The notes under the pieces are model-generated. The model was not told where the DNA came from. It worked only from the letters and a program-made list of their open reading frames with translations, and did no database searches. A program made the position numbers and the translations under genes. From contig NC_057728.1 of NCBI RefSeq assembly GCF_004010195.1, positions 33,226,585 through 33,290,584 on the forward strand: a DNA stretch of 64,000 bases, given 5' to 3'. The DNA is from Chiloscyllium plagiosum (lineage: Eukaryota). Of the stretch, positions 1 through 12,559 are shown piece after piece; position 1 is the stretch's first letter, and the number at the start of each line of letters is the position of its first letter.

Positions 1-437
1 GTTGGAGTGGAGGTGACGGTGATAGGTCGGAGGGGAGGGTGGAGTGGAGAGGTGGGAAGGAAGATGGACAGTAGGACAGTGCCGAGTTGGAGGGTTGGAT
101 CTGGGATGGAGGTCAGGAAAGAGGAGATGAGGAAACTGGTGAATTTGACATTGATGCCATGTGATTGGAGGGTCTCAAGGCAGAAGATGAGGCGTTCTTC
201 CTCCAGGCATCAGGTTGCTTGGATCTGGCGATGGAGATGGCCCAGGACCCACATGTCCTTGGAGGAGTGGGAGAGGCAATTGAAGTGGTTGGCCACAGGT
301 CGGTGGGGTTGTTTGGTGAGTGTCCCAGCAAAGTTCCCTGAAATGTTCTGCGAGTTGCTATCCTGTCTCAGTGTAGAAGAGACCACATCGAGAGCAACAG
401 AAGATGAGGTGTTTGGAATGTGCAGGAAAGTCTCCCA
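1..437 (-). mobile_element. Penelope-like retroelement 3' fragment (degenerate GIY-YIG endonuclease plus pyrimidine-rich tail)
   Basis: Frameshifted translation HLIFCCSRCGLFYTETG*QLAEHFRE...PHRPVANHFN..SHS.KDM.VLG...LEEERLIFCLETLQSHGIN matches the PLE GIY-YIG C-terminus. Confidence 0.8.
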
Positions 438-1167
438 CTGATAAAATTGTTGCCTAACCCTTGAGGAGGTGATCATCAATTTCTATACCCAATTTATCAC
501 CACAATACCTGTGTGCACCTCAGCTATCTGACTCACTTCTACTTCCGTTTCATCTATCTGAAAACTATTTCTCAAGTCTTTCTTAACTTCTCATGCTCAT
601 ACTTACAAAAGCTTCAACTTTTCCAGAACTTTGCCATTTTCCCAACCCACACACCTGAGAACTGGAATATTGCTGTGTCTTATTTCCTCCTCTCCTCTTT
701 ATAATGTCTTGTCTTTTAAGTGTAATGAGGGGTTTATGCTGCAGGTTCGATGTCATGTAAGTGTGAGTTGAAATGTATGTTTCATCTGCCATTTCAGAGA
801 AGAATGCACCGTGATCAGCCTTAAGAAAGACAGGGCAACTCAAGCAGTTCCTTCTTAAAGGAGATCTTGCCATAAAAAAAGGATGAATCATCCTGATAAA
901 TAATTCAAGCTCGCAAAATTAAAATAAGCTACAAATATGCAAGGAAGATAACAGTAGTTCACATTTATATACAGCCTCTAAAGGCTGGAAGAAAGGTATC
1001 TTTTCAGCAAGTGCCATTTTCTACGCTGAAGGCATAGTCAAGAAAAATTTTCACTCTTGGTAACAAAACATGAACAACTCATACCCTGCTCTGAGAGAAC
1101 CTGAACTAAAACCACTGAGCAAGTAGAAATTAATTAAATATAATTGCCCTGTTAAGCCACAACATAC

Positions 1168-1261
1168 CTGTGAAGTTTTGTGCCTTTAAGTGCAAATCAT
1201 ACAGCTTATGAATGTAGCGGATATACATTTCTTCTTTGTTTATTTCTGTTTTATAAAAATT
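1168..1261 (-). CDS. DOCK4: DOCK4 coding exon (94 nt): [31 protein letters not shown](E), approximately the start of DHR-2
   Basis: cag acceptor, gtatgt donor, phase 0/1; conserved MYIRY..KL.DLH motif. Confidence 0.95.
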
Positions 1262-4200
1262 CTGTAAATCAATTGGAAATCTGTTATTAAAAAATGTTTA
1301 CAGTAAGAGTTCTTTTTCAACTTATAAACAAGAATCTACACATAAACCTTTCTTTCTATTCTGTGTTTTGGTGTAACCTCACATTTCAAATACTGAATAA
1401 AATTTCATAAAAATATTGATGTGATTAAATATCTCTATATTGCTTTTGCATCTTTAATAATACAGTACTATGGATCATATAAAAATGCAAAGCATAGTGG
1501 AGTAACAGGATATCCTTACTAAGCCAGTATTTAAATACTAAAAGAATGGCACCAAAAGAAAGATTAATCTACATTGTATTCTGTTCTGTAAATTAAATAC
1601 TGTCTTATAACAATAGGTAAACAACTAAGTTCTGTAACGTAATGTCCAAAAGTCTGAAATTATTTACACTTAACATTCTATCACCATTTTATGTAATAAA
1701 TGAACAAGAAAATCAAAATTTTTCAATAGAGAGGAAATGTTCAGGAATGTATTTGCCATTGTTTGAAATATGCAGCCTTTGGCTAAATTTTAGCAAAAGA
1801 TTGATGGACTTCTTCTCACTATACACTCTTCCTTGCCTCAAAATTAACCTGAGGTTAAAAAAGACATTTTGATCAAAAGACGACATCAAATATCATTTAT
1901 AATTTCTACCATCATCTTGACTGGCCAGATACAGGTCGATACATCATTTCCAAAACCCCCATGGTAATGAAAATGAGTGAAAAAAATTAACTTGTATTAG
2001 AAAATATTATACAATTGCTGACAATACTAATTCAGAGAAAACAAATAGTAACCTTAAGCTATAAAAATCATACAACCAGAAACAAGAAAATAAAGTAGCT
2101 TATTAAAAAGACCTGTTGTTGAAGATTTTTGTTTTGCACTCATCAGGACAGATACAAGAATCCCAAATTTCAAAGAAAACAATAATTTATACAGCTCAAA
2201 TAACAGGGTACTGACTGGTTGCAAGATTGGAAATGTTTGATTGAGGCATTGAAATGGAGAATGCACTGGGGGACTCTCACCCCACAGCTTTGTTTAAACT
2301 CAAAATGCAAATTGTCTCGGATTAGCCAAAATGTGCCATAAGAAATGCATTGAAAAAACGCAATGCTGAGGCAAATTCCTTTTGCCTACAGAGAACCAGG
2401 TCCAATGTATGAATAAATGTAGCTTCCAGTAAACATAAGCAGACCAATTTGTAAGCTTAAAAAATAACGTTAAGCTTTGGGGAAACTATTCCCCAGTGCA
2501 TTTCCAAAGCAATATCTGACCAGAGTTCGTTTGCCATCAAATACCATTATTTCTCATGCAGTTTCGATTATTGTTTCCTTTGACATTTTGTACTCTTGTG
2601 CCTGTCTTGATGAGTGCAAGAAGAAAAACATTGATTGTTGTATCTTTTTCCCAGCATTATTCAAGTTCTGTACTACAAAGTGGCTTTAAGTAACTTGTCT
2701 AAGAGGGCTAATTGTTTTTTGTGGAATTGGGCAAAATCAAAGTTATTTTTTGGGATAAGGTCATGGCTTATTTGTGGATATGGTTTCCACAAAGGCATAA
2801 TTAGGAACTCTCCAGATGAAGAGTAAAGTTCCATGTTTTGTCCTCCAATGATGTGTTCACTTCAGCCTTCCAACATCATCCGATGAAATTTTGCAGAAGC
2901 AGCAGGTGTCCTGATACTGAGGTCAAAAGCAATGGGGTGGGAACCCTGCTTCAATCGGTAGTGGTACCTCATGGTAGCAGCCACAAAAGATGGTTGCTCA
3001 TCTCCTCACACTGCTGGGCCAGTCGTAGGCAGCAACATTGTTGTTGCAGCTGCATTGAGAGGATGAGGCACGTTGATGGTCATGTTCCTTAACAGACAGA
3101 GAAATGAGGTACGGGACCAGGGCCAGGAGGCAGGCCTTAGTGAGGAGTCACTAAGGGCAGATGGTGTCTTTACCATAGGTAGAACCAATTCTCCTTTGGG
3201 CCGAAGAATGCCAGATAATGGCTTATCTGACAGCCACCTACACACCAGTGGATCATCCTGATAGCATCGAAATGCCATGGAGACAGGAAGCAGTCCTGAA
3301 GTGGCTCGACTTGGCTCTGGGCAGGCAGCTGATTTGCCACCTTTCATGTCAAAAATGGCACAGCAGTGAAAGACTGTCAATCATGCCATCCAGACCTCCC
3401 CACACCACTTGTCAGTTCCCTGGTTAACTGTCCATCATAGGACTGGGAAAAGCCAGTTTGCAGCCCTGGAGCTTTTACATTTCCTCCCTTGATCCTCTGT
3501 TAGATTTCCTTGAGGGACTTTTCAATTGCTGTCCAATTGTGGGCACTTTTGTACTGTGCTCTGACTAGGAGGATCACACAGGACCATTTTCTCCAGAAGG
3601 AAGACAAGATTATCATCCTGATTCAAATTTAGGTCCTTGGAATAAAAACAATCTATTCTAACATGCCTAATGTACCAACACTATTTTATTACTTTCTTTT
3701 TTTTGTTTCGGGATAACATGCTCCATAACGCAAACATTGCAGAGTTCATAATCATCAAGTTGCCATGTTATACTTTCTCAGCATAGGGAAATGACACATT
3801 AAAATAGGCCAAAAATAACATTCCTGACGACACAAGAATGTGATCTATGCACGTCAGACTAAGTTCTACACTTGATCATACGATTATCAAAACCACAATA
3901 AATCATCAAAAATGGTTTGGTGCATTGGCATGAATAAACAAGTCAGGTAAATGAAGAATGTGGCCTCATTGCAACATCTCTACAGCTTTTTCTATGCCTA
4001 TCCAAAGCATCAGCTGCTGATTGGCCTTCACATGGGTTGTTTTTCAAGGCAGGGGAGGTACAATGAAGGATACAAACAGCTCAAGGATGAGAATAAACAA
4101 GGGTGTAGATTTCATGTTTCTCTTTACCATCCTTCCAGTGAAAACAAGCTTCTCAGTTGGACATTTTTTTTCAAATGTACAACTTGCGAACTGTGATACT

Positions 4201-5062
4201 GAATTAAGTGGTGATAATAATCAAATATCAGGATGATCTTTTTAAATATTAACTCTATAATGCAAAAATTAAGAAAACAGTTTGAAGTTTAAAAAAGGAT
4301 AATTATATTGCATGTGCTTGACAAGTTTTTCTTCTTCCCTCTTGTCAATTTAGATTTCATTTCTAACTTAAATGCAGGCCATCTCCAAGACCTCGTGCCC
4401 TAAAAGGGGAAATAAATCAGGCATTCTGATTTACCTCTTTTATGTCACACCTCGCATTCTGCAGGTGGAATCTCCAGCTGGCCAAAAGCCAACTTCAAAA
4501 GCTAGCTTTTCAGTCATTAGTACCAAAAGGTTTAAGGCTATCATAGGTCAATATTTGACAGTATCAAGCCAAGAGGCGCTGCGACTACAGAATGAGTTAT
4601 GCTGTCTACAGTCGCAACAATAGCAGCATCATAGCTAACGAGATAAGTCTTGAACGTCACTCAGGAGTTAAGGAAAACGTTTGCTTCCGTTTTCAACCAG
4701 TCCACTGACTTGCCCAGAATTTATGAAAGCTATGTCATAATAAACCAGCTGCTAGCAAACCACTAGTTCCTTCCCTGTGGCCAACAACCAGATTTCAGTT
4801 TGGTATTTAACCACTGGTGATTTTGCTAAGATCAGATATTCAGTAGCATTGGCAATTGTAGCATTGGCAATTATGAGCTTTAACTCTCATTTCACAGCTT
4901 CATGCTGGCCAAAGTTAATACCCTAAAAGACAGCTCTACCAAATTGAATTTATAACTACAAGCGATTCAAATGTCCTTTTTAATTCAGGATTTTTGGAGA
5001 TGATTGCTATATTCAAGAACCGTCCCTTTTGGATTGAACAGATAAATTAAATAGATACTGAC

Positions 5063-5123
5063 CAACAGGCTAACTGTACAGCCAATCTTTTTGCCATCAA
5101 CCTCTGTCACTTTCATGCAGTCT
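5063..5123 (-). CDS. DOCK4: DOCK4 coding exon (61 nt): (R)DCMKVTEVDGKKIGCTVSLL
   Basis: cag acceptor, gtcagt donor, phase 2/0. Confidence 0.94.
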
Positions 5124-5529
5124 CTGCAAATGGAAAGCAATTACAGTTTATTCACATTACCACTGTCCCCTGCAGTTCTTAGCATATCAATAGGACGTTG
5201 ACACTAATGAGGGAAATTGTTCCACACGATGGAAAAAAAATGCAACGATAGAACTTAACGCAAAATAAAAAAAGAAAACTGTGTCAAAAATTTTTTGTTG
5301 GCCATGTAATAGTTGTTTGTTTGCACAAACAGTAAGAGTCCACAATCGTGCTTCCGCTAGGTAGAAAACAGTGAAATGATAAACAGTGTACAATCATATG
5401 AATTTCAGCTCCTACATTACCAATGTAAATACACAAATTGAGACCATAATTTTCTGTTCAAGTTTAAAAAAATGATTACACCTTCCAATTTTTCAACATG
5501 CAGTAAAAGCAAGAATTGTCAAGTCTCAC

Positions 5530-5625
5530 CTGTAATCCAGCAACCTTTCCATTAGGCGAGTTACAGTGGCTACTAGAGAAATACCACTTTCTCGCCAGGT
5601 TTCTCTCTCAATTTTCTTCAGTAGG
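5530..5625 (-). CDS. DOCK4: DOCK4 coding exon (96 nt): LLKKIERETWRESGISLVATVTRLMERLLDY(R)
   Basis: cag acceptor, gtgaga donor, phase 2/2. Confidence 0.95.
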
Positions 5626-5834
5626 CTGCGGATAGAAAGGAATTTGTCAGTATTCTGACCTGGTTTATTTGAAACAAGTGCAGTGCAACCACAAGCCCCG
5701 ATTCACAATTCGTTGATGTCTCACATTACACAGTAGTAATTATATCAGTAATAGGTTATACCAGTCATTTGTATTTCACGAGTTACACTGTATTACAGTA
5801 AGCACTCCAAAATATAATTGTAGCAACATCTTAC

Positions 5835-5861
5835 CTAGGGTAAGGCCCAAAAAGTGGAATT
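5835..5861 (-). CDS. DOCK4: DOCK4 27-nt microexon, probably alternative: (I)IPLFGPYP(S)
   Basis: Minus strand reads ctag|A ATT CCA CTT TTT GGG CCT TAC CCT AG|gtaaga; phase 2/2, so inclusion and skipping both keep frame; peptide matches the recalled insert in longer mammalian DOCK4 isoforms. Confidence 0.88.
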   Translation of the reverse strand, partial: NSTFWALP

Positions 5862-7209
5862 CTAGATCCAGGAAGCATTGGCAAAACAAATGAATTTTTA
5901 CATTATCCATGAAAGAAGCAATAGCGACAGATTCTCCTCAGCAGCAGTCTGCGTCAAAAGTACGTTGTCATGGCTACAACCTTCTTTGCTTATTTTGTCA
6001 TTATAACTGGCTCTTTTTTTAAAAAGTAAAATTAGCATAATTGCTATGGGAAAAGTAAATATGCAATAGGAATATACCGCATTTGTGTTCTTGACGTGAA
6101 AATTTACCTTTACAGTACATTAAATGTAATTCTGTCAAATCACAACAAAGCTAAGAAGACTGTCAGTTGAGGAACTGTTAAGGTTTTAATGTTAACCCTT
6201 GAAGTTCATTTAGCAAAACAAATTTAGTCTTAAAATTTTTGCAATACAAATTGCAATGGTGAGAGTATTTAAAATAAATCACTAATAATTTACAGATCAA
6301 ATTACACGAAAGCTGAATTTTCAAACATTCAAATATATCTCCTAAAATGAGAAAATACCTTGTTATTGGGCATTACATAAGGCATGACGCATTGTTCCTG
6401 ACTGTGAAGTTTGGGAAAATATAGTGAACTGCCTCCTTGGAAATGTGCTATTTATTTCCATTTTCTGGTACATTTTCAAAACTAGATCTTGCCAAGTTGA
6501 AAAGCTTCAATAGTATTTAAAATGGAGACAATGTACGTGTTAATCAGAAAACCTTTCAGATGTTATTGCAGTTTTATTTTTATGCAGTTTTAAGTTCAAA
6601 GGGAAAATTGCATTCTCTTGTCTTTCCTCCATAACTACCAGAAGCACAAATTAAGGAACCAGTTTTGGGTTTGGTCACCAAAAAGGGAGTGGGGAGACTG
6701 GTTGAAATAGCAAAGGAATATCATTTTTGTATCCTGACATGCTTCTACCCATTGATATCCTAACTACACAATATATGCAGTTGGCTGAGACGTCCAATAT
6801 ATTGGTGTCACCCACCTTCAGGATGTTTGAATATCTGCACTCTCACTACCTCTTCAATCAATATCTGCCATGGGGGTCAGCAAATCAACTGGGCCAGACG
6901 ACTTCACAGCAATTTTAAGCAGCCAGGCTCTGAGTGAATCACTGCTGAATGGGGTAAGGAGCTGCATGAGAGGATGGGTGTGCCATCATGTTTTTTGGGT
7001 CGCCAAAGGAGTCTCTCGTATCCAAGTTAATTATTTTTCACATTCTTTACCATATTACCTTGTCACTGCTGATCATGACTGTTCTTGTTGCTAACTTATT
7101 TTGGATAGAGGGACATCTAATGCCAGAAGAATAGCATCAGTGCCAGAAACCAACACTGGCTGATAATTGGAACTATTGCAAGTCTGAGGTTTGGGGTATT
7201 GCTTGCAAG

Positions 7210-7900
7210 AGGTCCTACCCAGCACAATGTGTGTCAGGCTAAGAGTCACATTCCTCAAACAATCTGCAGCAGAAAAGCTGAATACCTTGAGGAGGGCTGC
7301 AGCTTACCTCTGCAGACCACAGTGACAGGATCTGCTGCCTACTGGGCCAGGGGATTGCCTTTGCCAGTAGTTCTCAATCAGTCACAGCCTTTCATTTCTA
7401 TGCCATTAACTCCTTCCATTCTACTACAGAGGATTGCATCTCCCAGCAACACACAGCTACAATAAGCAAATTCACCAGTGTTTGCTTATACATTCTCCAC
7501 ATTGACTTAAACAGCCAGCATGAGAATGGTCAGGGTTTTGCATCAATGACTGACTTCTACTGCATCAAAAGTGTGATGTACGACACACATGTTGCCTCAA
7601 GGACACTGAAATACAAGTTGTAAGTATAAGAATGATGTCCAATCACAGAAACAAGTCCATATAAAATTTGTATAAAGTACTTGAACTACCATGACAATGC
7701 ACTTATCCTTATGAAAATGAAACCATAATGGCTTGTTTCAACTCCAAATAACCCACCACACATAATTAAAAGCCAAGCAAGTAAATCCAGATGTCCAAGC
7801 AAATGCCTTGACATGTCCAAGACTCCTGAAAATGTGCTCCACAGAGGGGCGTGGCACATATCATAGTGGCAAGCTGCATGCTGCACAATCTCACCACATT
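7210..7900 (+). mobile_element. Degenerate PIF/Harbinger (HARBI1-like) transposase remnant
   Basis: Fragments in the expected order: AFHFYAINSFHSTTEDCISQ (~ALNFYASGSFQ...GISQ), GFASMTDFYCIKSVMYDTHVA (~GF..IAGFP.V.G.IDCTHV), AHIIVASCMLHNL (~IIVACC.LHN). Confidence 0.65.
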
Positions 7901-9483
7901 TAAGCCTGTTTTCAAGGAAACACAAACAATGATGACAAGTACAATGACGAGAAATGCAAGGAAACCACTCTCAGCCATCAAACTTGTAACCAGAGATATG
8001 AGGGGTGAGTTTGTTACACAATTCGCCTGTCCTCAGAACTTTTACAAAATCCCTCTCTATTTACAGCCCTTATTGCAACCTTCACTACTCTCTTACTGCT
8101 AAAGTAAAGGACATTTAAACTATTCAGCCAAATTTTACATCCATATCATACTGACAAATTATGAAACCACACTGTCGGCCAAAATGTGATACCGGTGATA
8201 AATCTAATGACAAACCTAATAATTGCCTTCCATTCATTTCTCACCCAGAAGTCAACCATGGGTACTTTGTTATTCAAAGGTGCCTAAAGCTCAACAGCTC
8301 TGACAAGATCATTTCCAGAGGCCTCAACAAAGCTAGTGCTCAGATGGGGTTGTATTCATATTGGCCTTCGAATGGCCAGTGACTTCTGGGTAGTTGAGCA
8401 TTTGAGGGCCCGGCTGCAGACTGCTACCTCAGATTCTGCCACAGCAAACAGGTCCAGCTCATTTTCTGGTTCGAAGGAGAGATGGGGTGGTGGGAGCAGA
8501 AATTCTGGCATCATGAAGAAGGGATCTCATTATCATTAGGTTTTCTATCAGCGAACATTGTCAAGATAAGATACAGATTCCAAAACAAACAATCGACAAT
8601 ATCCCTGCAATCATTTTAGAGTGTTCTAATGGAAGATTTCAAAAATATTCCATACAAGTGAGCTAAGATGGACCAAATGGTTTTCCTCAGCTGTAATTAC
8701 TTGTGAAGACAGTGTACTATACTGAATGAAGCACACATTAATTACTTTTTCCACACGAGGAGTGTTTAGAACTCTACATAGTTATTATGGTGGTAGAGAT
8801 GAGTAAATAGATGTTGCATCTATTATAACAATAAGAGAATAATGCAAAGGGAACCAAAGCTGGAAGAGTGAATGATAGAGGGAAAGAGTCACGCATTAGG
8901 AAAGCAGTGAGGGGAGGGGAACAGAATAACACTTGGTGGTAGGAATGCATTGTAGAAAATGATTTGATAATTCAGAAGACCACTGTGGTGACAGTGAGAG
9001 AAAGAAACACCCTGTTTCTGTTGTGTTGCTAAGAGCATAGGAGAACAAAAATACAGGAAATAGGTCAGGTTGGTCAAGGTCTCTATTCAACATTGCCAAT
9101 GGAAAAAATGTGACGGCAATTGAAAGGAACTTAACAAAGCAGATGTAGCTGTGTGTTTGTAATGCAGGTCAATGTGAAGTTCATTTTTGAAGATGCAGAT
9201 GGAAAAGCTCAGGAAGATAAGGTAAACGACAGACAGTGACATGCAAAAGAGAGAGACTGGTGAGAAATGGAAGTACATTTAATGAAATTATCAAGATAAG
9301 ACCAAATGGCACCAACATTTTTGTCCATGAATGAATGGATTCAGGGCCTGACTATTGCCATCCTTTCTCAGTGCATGGGAGAAAACTATAACAATAAATA
9401 TAAAATTAAAGATAATACAGTGAATCTAATTTTGAAAATATTCTTGCAGATAACAGAAACTCTCATATTTGTGTCAGTCACTA

Positions 9484-10115
9484 TATTATCACAAAGCTGG
9501 TCTTTTTTCTAAAAGCTGTTTCTTTTCTCAAATATACTGCATCCTTGTTTTTTCAGAGGGGTCTTAAATCACTCAGGCTCTGATTTGACTGGTTTGGTAT
9601 AAGGATGAAAAGGTCTTTTTGTTTATATGTAAACAGATTAAACTTTAGGCCAAAGCTTATGTTTTAGAAGTGACCTGTAAAATGAAAGGGAAGTGATCAG
9701 TCCTAGAAACTGGAGTCTTGGTTGATTCAGTTCAGCAGTGAGCTGTGTGGAAACAGGCTGCGAGACTCTCTCTCTCCTTCTGCCCTTCTAACTTTGACCT
9801 GTAGGCCTTTGTTTCATTTTTACTGTGTTTAAGGAGATTTGTTTATTGGAACTTTGGAACTGGTGTGTATATTCGGAGCAGCATAACTAAGTCGAGTTTG
9901 GGATAATCTGAGTTCTGTGGGTGTTCTTTATTCTGTTCTTTGCATTTCATTCCATAATTTTGTGAATAAGTTTTTGTCTGTTTTAAAACCTGGTAGTCAA
10001 CTTAGCTAACTTACTCCAGGTAATTTTCACTCTGCACTTACTGAACAAATTGCAAAGTTACGGTCTGGGCTGCTTGCTTAAGAACATTTTGATTGGTCTG
10101 GCCTAGTCCATAACA
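9484..10115 (+). mobile_element. Probable solo LTR
   Basis: About 630 bp block bounded by TATTATC (~TGTTATG) and CATAACA; TSD not clear. Confidence 0.45.
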
Positions 10116-10775
10116 CATTCATATTTAATTGATTGTGACCCATTAAATATTTTCCTTCTCTAGGGGTAAGCTTATGGGGAGCACAGCTTTGAAATTTCTT
10201 CATAACTGATTTATATTCCTGATTGTTCAACATGGAGACACAATCTGAGCTGCTTTATTGTTGAAGGTGAATTCAGAGCTGCATTGGCAGAGATCTGCAA
10301 ACACATTGTCCACTTTTGTTAGTAGGATGCAGATTGAATGTAAAAAATATTTTATTAAGCATTTATGTACTCATTATTAAACTTATGTTACTGAAATCAA
10401 TCAATTTCAACTCAGGCTTTAAATGTTAATTGGTTAGTCCAGGTAATATTTTTGGAGCAACGTGACTTCTGTAGGAGTTTTATACGTAACTGACATCCAA
10501 ACATTTGTATTGACAACATACCATATAGAATGCACAGCATTTGTTGCAGTTTAAGGAGAAAATGAACTTCGTGGCACTCATATTGCAGGAAAAAGGCCTA
10601 AATTCTGGACAAAGATCCTGTGTTCAAAAGATGCTTCAAACAATTCCAACGTGCATTCAGGTTGGGTCATCTTTCTGTCATTTTTGATGACCATCCCAAA
10701 TACATGTCCTTGGCAATTGTCCTATCCTGGAAATAGGGCTCTTTTACGTGCTCTGACTGGGACCTCATACCAGAT

Positions 10776-10988
10776 TTGAGAGTGTGGTACTGCAAAAACA
10801 CAGCAGGCCAAGCAGCATCCGAGGAACAGGTAAATCAACGTTTCGGGCATAAGCCCTTCAGCAGGAAAGTGGGCTGATGCCTGAAATGTTGATTCTTCTG
10901 CTCCTTGAATACTGCCTGACCTGCTGTGCTTTTCTAGCACCACACTCTCGAAGCTGATCTCCAGCATCTGCAGTCCTCACTTTCTACT
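10776..10988. mobile_element. Fold-back Penelope terminal-repeat (pLTR) mini-insertion
   Basis: Inverted arms 10778-10856 and 10871-10949; flanking near-duplication acctcataccagat (10762) / acctaataccagat (10989); hammerhead-like ctgctgaagggcttatgcccgaaac on the minus strand. Confidence 0.75.
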
Positions 10989-12243
10989 ACCTAATACCAG
11001 ATCCCTACATGAGATTGAACAGCATTAAGTGACCAGAGTTGGGCAGGTGTCTTCCTCTGACTCCACAAACATTGTAATCATTTCCTCCTCTTCACTGCCT
11101 TACCAATACATTGTGGTAACTAAATCATTTTACTGTCTTCAGTTGCCTATTTATGCTATTTTTTTGTTAAAATTATTCATTCATGGGATGGGGATTGTGG
11201 GGAAGCATACTCAAGATATTTGTGGGAATCTGGGGATTTGTGTTAGAGTTCAGAATGAAGTCCATGAATGGCTAGGCCAACACTCATTGTCTATCCCCAA
11301 TTGTCCTGCTTCTTTACGTTTAATAACATTAAGGTACATTTAAGTTTTTCCAGCTTGTAAAAAGAGGGATGTTTGATGTTTTTCATAGCAAGGTAACTAA
11401 AATAATTTGATTAAACTCATTGTGAGTCCATATCATAAGACTTCCATAACTTCCAAATCAAATGAGACATTGTCTACTTATTGTTGTGAATGCAATGAAA
11501 TGTGGAAGGGTATTTTAAATATGTGTGTTGTATCTCGAAAACAAAGACTAAAAATCAATGTAAGGGGGAAGAGGGCGATATAGCAAATCAACCTTGTTTG
11601 ATATCTGTCCAGTTGCTTTCTGCATTCCTTCAATTGACCAGGGGAGAAATGTTCCTTGGGTAGAGTGTAAAATCAAGCCACTGCACATACATAAAATAGG
11701 CTGCCCCTTTGCAATCATTTATTCTGCAATCCCACACAGGGTGTGCTTCAGCCTTACAGGATCTTCCTTTTAAAAAAATGGCTGTTTTCCGTGTTTTTGA
11801 AAAAAATATGACCTATTTTCTTTTGGAATAACAGGTTTTGTTTGTATTTTATTACAATGAACCCTACAAGGTTACAAAATAGCTAATGCTCAAGGACTAA
11901 TCTAACCTTAATTTAAGTGATGTAACTGAAAAACAAAAGGCAGGCAGTATTGCGTACATTTGTGATTATTTCCTGCATTGTTTTCAACAGCATAGCTACC
12001 GACTGACAGAATCCCCTGCCTGGGATAACAGCATTAAGCACCGATCAAATATGGATATTTCTGGACTCAATACTTCAGTGCCACTGTATTGACTGCACTT
12101 AGCCACTGAGAAACCTGGACCCCAATGAATTTTTATTTTGATGAGAACAGTAAAATATGCAGCAAATAGATTTAAGTATAATGTCTTACATTACATCTCA
12201 GCATGTAAACAACAGCTGTAAAATAAGGTTATGTATGACTCAC

Positions 12244-12329
12244 ATGCTGTTGAAAAGCTCTCTGTAAGTTTCATCACCTTTGCCTTCTGACATTAAGCTG
12301 TCCAATTTGTCTATCAGTTTTGCTTCCAC
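12244..12329 (-). CDS. DOCK4: DOCK4 coding exon (86 nt): VEAKLIDKLDSLMSEGKGDETYRELFNS(I)
   Basis: cag acceptor, gtgagt donor, phase 0/2. Confidence 0.95.
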
Positions 12330-12559
12330 CTGGGAACACACATGTTAATTAAACTCATTGATTAATTAGTTCCTGACTGATATCGACATATGTATTATAT
12401 ATTTGCATGTTTCATGGTCTTAGCAGCACTTGTGTGTAAACTAGCAATAGATAGCCGAGAAATATAATCAAGTCTGAGAACAGTTATGCAGGGGCTGAGT
12501 GCAGGCTACACACATTCTCAGCTGGGCACAGATGCAGGGGAAGCAATCGCTACATATTA

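Noticed and set aside
7-441. 144-aa plus-strand ORF
   Set aside because: Antisense reading of the Penelope fragment.
2655-2834. Short minus-strand ORF MELYSSSGEFLIMPLW...
   Set aside because: About 53 codons, no recognisable homology, and not needed for the DOCK4 reading frame.
4845-4872. 15-bp tandem duplication (tagcattggcaatt); a similar 19-bp one at about 50069-50105
   Set aside because: Ordinary slippage duplications with no further signal.
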